Under the pieces are notes generated by a model. It was not told where the DNA came from and did not search any database. It saw only the letters and a list, made by a program, of their open reading frames with translations. Position numbers and translations under genes: made by a program. A DNA stretch of 64,000 nt from Piromyces finnis finn (lineage: Eukaryota; Fungi; Neocallimastigomycota): NCBI GenBank assembly GCA_002104945.1, contig MCFH01000074.1:62001-126000 (forward strand), in the 5' to 3' direction. Shown here one piece after another: positions 52,201-61,347 of this stretch (its first letter is position 1; each line of letters opens with the position of its first letter).

Positions 52201-53208
52201 ATTAATGAAATTTAATTCAGAACCGGAATCAATTAAAACCTTAATTTTAACTTCCGAAACTTCATTGGTACTCAAGTAAAAATCCACAAGGTTTAAATCA
52301 CTTTTCACTCCCTTGACTCCAACTTTGTAAATTTTTGGATTAACAATTTTTGGAGTCCTTTCTTTAACAATTCTTAACACTTTTCTGGGCTTTACTCTAT
52401 TAGGACAATTAAATTTTAAATGTCCTGGCTGTTTACAAAGAAAACATAATCCTTTTTTCTTTTCTTCTTCAAAGTTGTCCATGTTTTCATTGTAATTTTT
52501 ACTTGATCCTTGGATATTCACATACCTTCTACGCTTGTTTTCTCTACTAATTCTAAATACATCCACATCCATAGGATCATCAGCCCTTCTACTATTAAAA
52601 TAAAATTCACTAAGCGAATTCCTTTTCATCATATCTTCAACTAAAATAGTTGAAGAAATCAATTGTTCAATTGAAGTTGGGTTTGATTCAATGAAAGCCA
52701 ACTTCTCCCTAAGTGGTGGTAGTAAACCTTTCAGAAACATGTAGATTTTTGCGCTATCATTAAAGCTTGAATTTTGGCTAATACGTTGAAACTCGGTAAT
52801 GTAATCTAATACCTGACCAAGTTTCCTTTGGCGAATATTATCTAATTTACCGTTAGCTACAACGGTATCGTATCTATAACTGCCAAAGTTAGCCTTCAAC
52901 CTATCTACAAATTCATCATAATGGTTTAAAACCTCACTATTATTCTTCATCAACACTGAAGCCCATTCCAACGGTTTACCAGAAAAGTATGATATAACGA
53001 AGTCGACCTTGACTCGATCTGTATTATACAGTGTCGGTCGAGTACGAAATACCAACTCCACTCTAGTTAAAAATCCATCCAATTCTCTTTGTTTACCAGA
53101 AAATGTCGGTGGAGCATTAATAATGTTCCCCGAGTTCCCGGAAACACCCACATTCCTATCACCCATTTCTAAATTTAAATTTTCAAACTCACTAATTAAA
53201 TCCTCCAA
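49297..53208 (-). CDS. Ty3/gypsy gag-pol polyprotein in a single 1303-aa ORF (gag, CCHC knuckle, protease, RT, RNase H, integrase core)
   Basis: CFLCKQPGHLKFNC; LIDSGS; YIDD; VETDAS...YDKELLAI; H-H-C-C zinc finger; D..D..E core. Frameshifted at the extreme C-terminus. Confidence 0.96.
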   Translation of the reverse strand: MEDLISEFENLNLEMGDRNVGVSGNSGNIINAPPTFSGKQRELDGFLTRVELVFRTRPTLYNTDRVKVDFVISYFSGKPLEWASVLMKNNSEVLNHYDEFVDRLKANFGSYRYDTVVANGKLDNIRQRKLGQVLDYITEFQRISQNSSFNDSAKIYMFLKGLLPPLREKLAFIESNPTSIEQLISSTILVEDMMKRNSLSEFYFNSRRADDPMDVDVFRISRENKRRRYVNIQGSSKNYNENMDNFEEEKKKGLCFLCKQPGHLKFNCPNRVKPRKVLRIVKERTPKIVNPKIYKVGVKGVKSDLNLVDFYLSTNEVSEVKIKVLIDSGSELNFINPSLAEDLGINLEKVEPFRVSGVSDGVVSVWERTEKCMLRCKNHFEVIQLYGLQVPGVDVILGLPWIKKHNPNAFYDSKKIAFSSGYCARHCNKGKRKRKPRKKSKNDQLDHDVLDRSLTKKPKVDPSVPNNEEKEYVKGRLVRTINDEDDSDDEYISFNKKVKCIVTKINETCNNDNESCSNNNNNGKDINKDKLVAVPTQYLEFSEVFNEKNCEVLPPHRSYDCEIKLKDDSTLFYGPLYPLTEVEREELKKYIDDNLNKGFIRKSSSPAGAPILFVKKKDGSLRLCIDYRKLNDITIRNSYPLPLISDLLDRVKNAKIFTKLDLKSAYNLVRIKEGDEYKTAFRTRYGHFEYLVMPFGLKNAPATFQHFINDVLSDYLDDFVISYIDDILIYSNNIEEHHEHVKKVLKKLLENNLYVKLEKCEFDVEKTTFLGYVISKDGLQMDENKVKAILDWPVPKNVKEVQSFIGLCNYYRIFIKDFAKIANPLHKLTRKNVAFNWVKEDQDAFILLKSLFTSAPILKHADSNKQFIVETDASNYAVGAILSQEFDGKLHPIAFLSKSLTSCQRNYPIYDKELLAIVIALEEWRHYLEGACHPFIIYTDHKNLTFPRKPEMLSQRQIRWNLFLSRFDFKLIYRAGKKSGKPDILSRRSDHLENNINSDVSCLTISFHHSDNKPLIDSILLELKNDDLYNSIVQFKMNGSACNAPIKNIDKVIIDNEGFLLYNNLIYVPKSLRTRVLELHHDSVAAGHFGIKKTTELISRNFWWPRFHSDIKSFIKSCVTCCKSKVPRHKPYGLLSPLDTPSRPWSDISIDFIVDLPKSRDMTTLMVVVDRFTKFAHAIPLRCLPTASIAADAFIANVFRLHGLPDSIISDRGSQFTSDFWSRLCDLLNINHSLSTANHPQTDGQTERVNGILEQYFRCFINKKQNNWVDLIPFAEFAYNNTLQQSINQSPFFANYGFHPKFS

Positions 53209-53558
53209 TTCAAAATATAATATATAATATAAAATTAAAATGGTTTCTTACTACTATTTCAAGTAAGTAATCTTAAATTTTTTTTTTTTTAATTACACTA
53301 CTACAATTTATCCTAATACAAAAGTTATTCAAACGCGTTCTGCAAAGCAGTGTCGAACAAGTTTTGTATTACTAATTAATATTGGTTAATTCTTCTTTCT
53401 TCTTGCACTCGGTGGTAGTTTCTAATTCTAACCAGTAGTCAAAATTTCTTCTTTCTTTTTATTCGGCGGTAGTTTCCAATTCTAACCAGTAATTAAAGTT
53501 CTTTCTTGCTTTTTGTACCCGGCGGTAGATACCCTAACGTATTCTCTATCTTCGTTGG

Positions 53559-54173
53559 GTAATTGTTATTGTAATGTTGAACACTGAAAGAATAGATTAG
53601 GATATCTATTCTATTACAATAACACAAAAATTTGAAAAAATAAAATAAAAAATTGTTTTATAAAATATCTTTTATTATAATAGAATTTTAATAATAACAA
53701 TTACATCGATAAAATGATGAAAAATATCTTCTATTTATATTTTTCCTAAATACATTTATATTATTATAACTATTTATTTAAAATATATTATTATTTAAAA
53801 TCTACACTAAAATCTTAATTATTAATAAATATTTAAACTATAACTATTTTTAGTAAAATACAATTGGCAATTCAAATTAAGTACCATTTAATTTGAATAT
53901 GTGCCCATGTATTATTGATATATTAATCATTTATTATTTATCTATTTCTATAAAAAAACAATACTAAAACTAGGGATTTAAATTGAGAATATTAATTTAC
54001 TTGTTAAACATTAAAAATAAATTAATAATTTATTTTGTTTTAAACTTTAATTATTAATAAATAAATTATGTCTCATTTTCTTTTTCTGAATATAATTTGT
54101 GTAACTTAAACAATAATACTTGTGGCTTAAGTTACATTAAAGATATCAAACAGAGGCGTTTGATATCTTTACA
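53559..54173 (-). mobile_element. Type-C 5' LTR (53570-54173) and 11-nt PBS ATAACAATTAC (53559-53569)
   Basis: TGTAAAGATATC...CATTACA directly followed by the PBS; inserted in another element's RT. Confidence 0.9.
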
Positions 54174-57100
54174 AGGACATCATTTATGAAATGTTGGAAA
54201 GTGGCTAGTGTACTCTTTAGCCCAAAAGGCATGACGAGATATTCAAAATGCCCATACTTGTTCTAAAGGCAGTTTTGTATTCATCACCCTCTTTGATTCT
54301 TACTAAATTATAAGCAGACTTTAAGTCCAATTTAGTAATGTACTTTGCACCCTTCACTCTATCCAATAAGTCACTAATTAATGGAAGAGGATATGAATTT
54401 CTAATGGTCATATCATTAAGTTTCCTATAATCAACGTATAGTCTTAATGACCCATCTTTTTGGCAAATAAAACTGGTGCTCTGGCAGGAGATGCAGATTT
54501 CCTAATGAAACCTTTTTCCAAATTTTCTTTAATATAATTTTTTAATTCATCTCTCTCTGCCTCAGTTAAAGGATAAAGAGGACCATAAAACAAGTTAGAA
54601 TTATCCTTTAATTTGATTTCACAATCGTATTCACGATGTGGAGGTAAAATATCACAATTCTTTTCATTAAAAACCTCTTTAAATAATAAATATTGATTTG
54701 GAATTTCAACAGATTTTTTATCTTTGTTCAAATTATTATTCTCAGTTTTACATTTATTAATAATATTACAAGATAAATTATTACAGTTTCTATCTGAATT
54801 TAATACACAAGAATTGTAATTGTTAAACATTTTATTAGAAAATGAGTATTGTTTTGGTCCGGTGACCGAATTCTTATCTTTATTTAAATTTTCATCAATA
54901 CAATTAATATTATTACATGTACATTTAAAACTACAATTATTATTATTGTTGTTGTTATTTAAACTATCACTAAATAATTTTATTAAAACTATCTAAATTA
55001 CTAATGGTTTTAACGGAGGTTCTACGGCCCCTGATATTAACAGTTTCTTCGTCATCACTGGAGTCACAACAAAAGGATTCGTCATAGTCGGAAAAACCAC
55101 GGTCAATGCAAGAGGATTGTTCATTTTCGTTATCCAAGGCAACTTCTTTCCCTTTTCTTGATGATGACATCGATTTCTTATCCATATTGGTTGTACCCTT
55201 ATTTCTCCTTTTGAGCACAGTATCCGGAGCTAAAGGCAATTTTTGAGGAATCATGATAATAAACTGGACAATGTTTCTCAATCCAAGGTACTCCGAGAAT
55301 AACATTCAAACACTTTGCCAAACTTTCTTTGTTTTATGTTGCAAAGTCTTCCATTTGCAACAATTGTGTCGTTATTAAGATCTCCGAAATTAGTGCGGAG
55401 AGCAGCAACGAATTGATTATAATTTCTTATAATGGCGTCGTTATTTTGTCTTAAACGAGCGGCCCATTCTAAGTGTAAAGATATAATATATATCTTTAGA
55501 TTATTTAATAATGAATCATTAATTATTAAATAATAAATTAATATTTAGTAAAATTGATTATAAAATTTTTGAATAAATTTTATGGAATAATTTAATAATA
55601 AATTATTTTATAATAATTCCGTTAAATTTAAATTAAGATAAATATTTAAATTTAAGGAATAAAAGAATTTTAATTAAATTTAAATATTTCAAATATTTTA
55701 AATAATTAAAATACTTTTTTAAATACTTTTTATTTAATTTTAGAATAGATTATACTTTTTTATTTAAATTTAGAATATTTAATAATTTTAACTTAGTTTT
55801 AAAAATAGATTTGTTTATATTTCAATAGGAAATATATTAAGAATAGTATTGATAATATTAAATTAATTTATAGATAATACATGGACTTTATTCAATTTTG
55901 AGTTTACTCAAATTGAATTAAAAGTATAATGAATTAGTTTTAGTTTAGTTTTGTTATTTTATTATTTAGTTAGATTAGTTTTGTTTATTTTATATTAAAT
56001 ATATGTTTATTTAAATAGAATAATATATTAGAATATAATTATGAAAAAATATAAATACATGTAATTTTTGTTTATTAAATCGATGTAATTGTTATTTTCA
56101 ATTTTTTAATTATTAACTATTATATAGTTAATAATATTTTTAAAAGTTTAAATAAAAATGTTTTTTTAAATAAAAATTTAATATTTTATTTTTTATTTTT
56201 GTGTTAATAAAAATTGTTAAGTATAAAATCTGTTTTAAATTTTATACTTTTACACTAAGGGTCTATTAACAAAATACGAGATTAAGAAGCGTACTCTCGC
56301 TTCATCATTGGCGAACCGATCAGGGTTGGCTTCAATAGCTAGCTCAACCCTTGTCAAGAACCCGTCTGGTTCTTGTCTGTGGCCGGAAAAAGTTGGAGGA
56401 TCATTTACTATCCTCAAAGTTGCACTTTGACGCTCCATTGTTTCGTTTAAGTGCAAATTGTTAAGAAGTATATTGATTTCTTCCAAATGATTAATATTTA
56501 CTTATTTAATTTTTTACAATATTTTAATTAAGATGTAGTCGTAACTCTATCCTATCAAACGGTGTTAGACGAGCTCTTAAAAATATTACAACAAAATTAA
56601 ATATACTAATTATATATATGGAAGACCTTTGAGTAACAGGCACTAAATTAACTAATCCTCAGAAAGTATGGTAAAACTCCAAAACGTGGTAGATTTTCCT
56701 AAAACACGGTAGTTAATTTCTAAACTAAGATAGATAAAAAGAAAATTTTATTAATTTGTTTTATTAAAAATTTTATAACGTGTTTTATTAGAACAAAGGT
56801 AATTGTTATTGTAAAAGTTTTATAAGACTCAAAAACAGATTATAAAATTTTACAATAAAACAACACCAAAAAATAAAAACAAAATATAGTTAAAATTATC
56901 TTTTTAAATATCTTCTTTTATTAAGTTTATTTAGTTATTAACTAAATAATAGTCAATAACAATTACATCTTTTTAATTAAGAAATTTTTACATGTATTTA
57001 TATTTTTTATAAATTATATTTTAATACACTATTCTATTTAATTATACATATATTCAATAGAAAATAAACAAAACTAATTTAATACTAATTTAATTAAATA

Positions 57101-57528
57101 ATAAAATAAAACTAAACCAAAACTAATTAAATACACTTTTGATTCAATTTGAGTAAACTGCAAATTGAATACAGTCCATGCATTACCTATATATTAATTA
57201 AATATTAATAATACTATTTATTATATATTTATAATTAAAAATGCTAATTTAAAACTACGCTAAAGTTATTAAAATAATTTTTAATTAAAAACTTTTTAAG
57301 ATTTAATTTGAATATTTAAAATATTTAAATTTAATTATCCATTAATTTAAATATTTATCCAAATTTCATTTCTAACTTTGATATTTTAAAATTAATCTTT
57401 ATTTAATTATTCCATAAAATTTATACAATAAATTTTATGAACAATTTTTCATTAAAATATCAAAATTATTATTCAATAATTATTAATTAATTATTAAATA
57501 ATTTAATGATATATTTTATATCTTTACA
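54174..57528 (-). mobile_element. Older gypsy element: type-A 5' LTR (56810-57528), PBS (56799-56809), gag start 56486, deleted protease region, RT N-half
   Basis: DPPTFSGHRQEPDGFLTRVEL; ILPPHREYDCEI; [12 protein letters not shown]; ATFQHFINDVL cut by the type-C LTR. Confidence 0.88.
55474..56254 (+). mobile_element. Solo type-B LTR (781 bp), TSD CTAAG, in gag
   Basis: CTAAG at 55469-55473 and 56255-56259; excision restores NRPL|EWAAR. Confidence 0.93.
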
Positions 57529-59098
57529 TTATCCTATACCAAGGATCAATGATCTCATTGAATTCTTCAAGGGCGCGAAAACTTTTACCCGTTTGGATCT
57601 ACGCTCGCCATACAATCTAATACGAATAAAGAAGGGTCACGAATATCTCACTGCCTTTAGAAATCCTTTGGGACACTTTGAATACCCTGTGATACCTTTT
57701 GGTCTTCGTAACGCCCCTCTGTTTTTCAAAGATTTATTCAAGATGTCCTTTCTGATGTTCTGGGTTCCTACGCTCAAGTTTACCTCAACGATATAATTAT
57801 ATATTCAAAAAACACTTCTGAACATATCAAACATGTTCGCACAGTACTCCAGGCTCTAATTAAGAATGGTTTATACGCTAAACTCGAGAAATGTGAATTC
57901 CATGTAGAAAAAACTACATTCCTAGGATTCACAGTATCCGTTAATGGCCTAACTATGGATCAAGATAAAATAAAATCGGTCTTAGACTGGCCCACACCAA
58001 AAAAACACTAAAGAACTCCAAAGTTTTTTAGGTTTATGTAATTTTTATAGGAAATTCATTAAGGATTTCGCGAAAATCATGGAGCCTTTCAGAAAACTAT
58101 TAAAAAAGAACTCTAACTTCCTTTGGGATCAAAGTGCTGAGGATGCATTTGTTAAACTTAAAAGTACATTCGTGTCTGATAACTTATTAGCTTTCCCTGA
58201 TGCCGACAAACTGTTTATTATAGAAACTGATGCGAGCGACTTCGCAATCGGCTGTGTACTCTCTCAATATAACGATACTGACAATCTTATGCACCCGGTC
58301 GCCTTTCACTCCAGATCGCTAACCAATCCAGAGATAAATTATACAATCTATGATAAGGAACTTTTGGCGATTATTACTGCATTTGATACATGTAAACACC
58401 ATCTGGAGGGTGCCAAATTCCCTGTGCAGGTAATAACTGACCATAAAAATCTCCTATATTTCAAAAAACCCCAACATCTGAATCAAAGACAGATTCGTTG
58501 GAGTCTTTTCTTATCAAAATTTAACTACAGAACTTCTTATAGACCAGGGAGTAGTGGCGGAAAACCGGATGCCCTATCCAGACGCCCATACTATAAAACG
58601 CCTTTTGAAAATACTAGTCGCCCTATTTTCCAAGAAGAATCCTTTTGTTGTGCTACAAGCGATAACATTAATAGCTTAATAAACGCCAAGAAGGAAGATA
58701 AATTCTGTAGGGAAACTCTGGATAAGATAAAAAACCATTCTAACAAAGTTAAAAGTTCTTTGTTCAGTTTAACTGATGGTATACTTTACTTTCAAAACCG
58801 CATTATAGTGCCACATCCTCTCAGGGCAAGGATCCTTAAATCCTTCCACGATCTACCAACAAGCGACCACCAAGGAATTGACAAAACAATGGAGAAAATT
58901 AAAAGATACTACTGGTGGCCTAACATGCAAAAGGACGTTCAAAACTATGTACTTTCCTGTAATGTTTGTGGCAAATGTAAAATTCGCAGACACAAACCTT
59001 ATGGGAAAATCCAACCATTGCCGATCCCGAATAAACCATGGGAAATCATTGCTGTTGATTTCATTGTCTATCTACCAAGCTCACATATGATGTTTTAA
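57529..59098 (+). mobile_element. Degenerate gypsy pol fragment (RT, RNase H, integrase zinc finger)
   Basis: [21 protein letters not shown] (mutated YxDD), IETDASDFAIG, CNVCGKCK; frameshifts. Confidence 0.92.
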
Positions 59099-59995
59099 AA
59101 TTTTTATTTAAAAGAAACTTTTTTTTTTATTTTCAACATAAAAAATTAAGATTATAGAAAAACTTTAATATTTAAATTAGTTCTTTTTTATGTAAGGATT
59201 TTCACAAAAATAACATTAGCCACATATCAAAGTATAAAATAGTATATTAACACATATATATATGTTTAAACATCATGTGGTAAATAATATCATGTGATAT
59301 GAACTTTGACAATATTGTTTTTATGTTTAAAGTTTTTAATCGTATAATATCACATAAAATCTTTTTATTACTACCATTAATTATTAGACTTTAGCTATTT
59401 TTCTTTTTCTATATTATTCAAAGAATATTCTTGAATCATCCCTTTATAAAATAGCATTAGCCACATTTTATAGTATAAAAGAATGATATATTACACATGG
59501 ATACATAAATATATGGTTGAATGTATCACATGATATTTAATCATGTGATGTGAATAATAGTATCTAAAAATTGATACGGTCAGGGTTAGAATTTAACTTT
59601 AAATAATATATTTTATTAAAAACTTTAATGCGTTCCAATATTTCTATTCTGTCTAAATACTAAAACGTTAATTCTGTCGTTGTTAGCTAAAAATTTAACT
59701 AAAATAAGAAGCCTTCATAATAATAATTATTCCCTAGTCTATCTATACTAATTAAGGCTAACTTAATAATTAGTTGTCCAATGATAAAGCTGAAACTCTA
59801 TGGATTATACATTTACATTATTCTTTTACATTGCATGTTATTACATTTGTCATATATTTACATTTACATTCTTACACATTGTAGAAATAATATAACAAAA
59901 ACTCTATAAATTTAATATTAAGAAAAATTTTATTAATATAATAATATGTTAAGTCACATATTATTTTTATATCAAAATTTTAACACTAAAAAAAT

Positions 59996-60313
59996 TTAAT
60001 AAGTGATGACTAAGGCTAATGCCAAAAACTTACTATATTCCTTAATCAATTTAAGTGTAATCATTAGTGGGCGGTTGATGCGTGATCAAATTGACTATAA
60101 GAGGCTTGACATTGTAGTTGGGAAATATCATACAACGACATACATCTAATGTACATGGATTAAGAGAGCATCGAAGCTGAAGATACAGTATGACAGACCA
60201 GGAGGGTCACAACCACCTAGCAATAGAAATGAGCCAACGTTTCTCTATGAACCACCATTGGGGCTAACACCAATTGATGGGAGAAATGCACTCGGAAGTT
60301 AAAAAAAAAAAAA
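59996..60313 (+). mobile_element. Non-coding poly(A) retroposon (SINE-like), 5'-truncated copy 2
   Basis: 16-bp TSD TTAACACTAAAAAAAT (59980-59995, 60314-60329); ends GGAAGTT+(A)13; homologous to the 3' part of 2154-2699. Confidence 0.88.
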
Positions 60314-60829
60314 TTAACACTAAAAAAATATATATCTTAATATGCCTTGTCATTTTATCTAAATTTTTTTTACTTAAAATAATAATTTCTTTTTTTTTTT
60401 TTTAATCATAAATATTATTCTATAAAATAATAAATATTAAAAAAAAAAAAAAAATATCAATTATAACATTGACATGATGTATTTTACACTTTTAACATTC
60501 TTTTAAATTGTAGTTTTAATTATGATGAATAATAAAAACTCAACTATATATAAAATTTATTCTAGGTCATGTAGATTAATAACCCATAAATGAATGTTGT
60601 GTTATTAACAACCCAACATATATAAAAACTTATAACAAATGTATAAAAAATATTAAAAATGAATTTATAGAAATAGTATATACTTTTCTTTTTTAAAAAA
60701 AAAAAAGTCTGACACAACTTGTGAATCTCTTTGAATAATAAATTTTTTATATCAAGAATATAGAATTATCAAACTTTTTTTTTTATAAAGTCATGTAAAT
60801 TTTATTTTTTTAATGACGTTATATTAGAA

Positions 60830-61309
60830 TAAAAATTAAAAAATAAAAAAATATATCTTAACACAAATGAATAAAAAATGGGTATAATGTATTCAAGTCA
60901 TTTTAATTAAAGTAAGATAGCCACTATGATACTAAAGTATAATAATTGTAGTTGACTTCCAATGGGACACCGAGCCAAAGATTAAAAATTTTATCATGAG
61001 TCAAAATTATGATCTCCATTGGTTGCGCTGGCCATCCTGGCCTGTCTTACTGTTTCTTCAGCATTGACGCTCTTGGATGTTGCTTCAAACCTTTTGAACA
61101 TTGACCATTGCTGGCCAATAGCAAAAGGCATGATTTTGGTTAGAAGTTCCGCGATTACCGTCAAGAATGGTGTTCCTTCGTTAGTGCCAGATTGAATTAT
61201 TACTATTATTTAACTAAATTACTATCTAAATTAGAATTATCATTTTCACTATTGCTATCATTACTAATATTATTATTTCTACTAATACTATTATTATTAT
61301 TGCTATCTC

Positions 61310-61312
<3 letters not shown>
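60830..61312 (-). mobile_element. Older, internally deleted 3' fragment of the same LINE family
   Basis: Homologous to 61430-62100 with a deletion near 61197 and substitutions; left boundary approximate. Confidence 0.85.

Positions 61313-61347
<35 letters not shown>

Noticed and set aside
49461-53227. Short alternative-frame or antisense ORFs inside gag-pol (49461, 50694, 52079, 53009), and similar ones at 16559, 16944, 58878 and 62749
   Set aside because: Shadow ORFs of retroelement coding sequence with no recognisable motifs.
55469-55473. Sequence-specific LTR target site (CTAAG seen at 18113 and 55469)
   Set aside because: The other TSDs (CTTGA, AAAAT, ATACT, GTTGG, ATATT) share no consensus.
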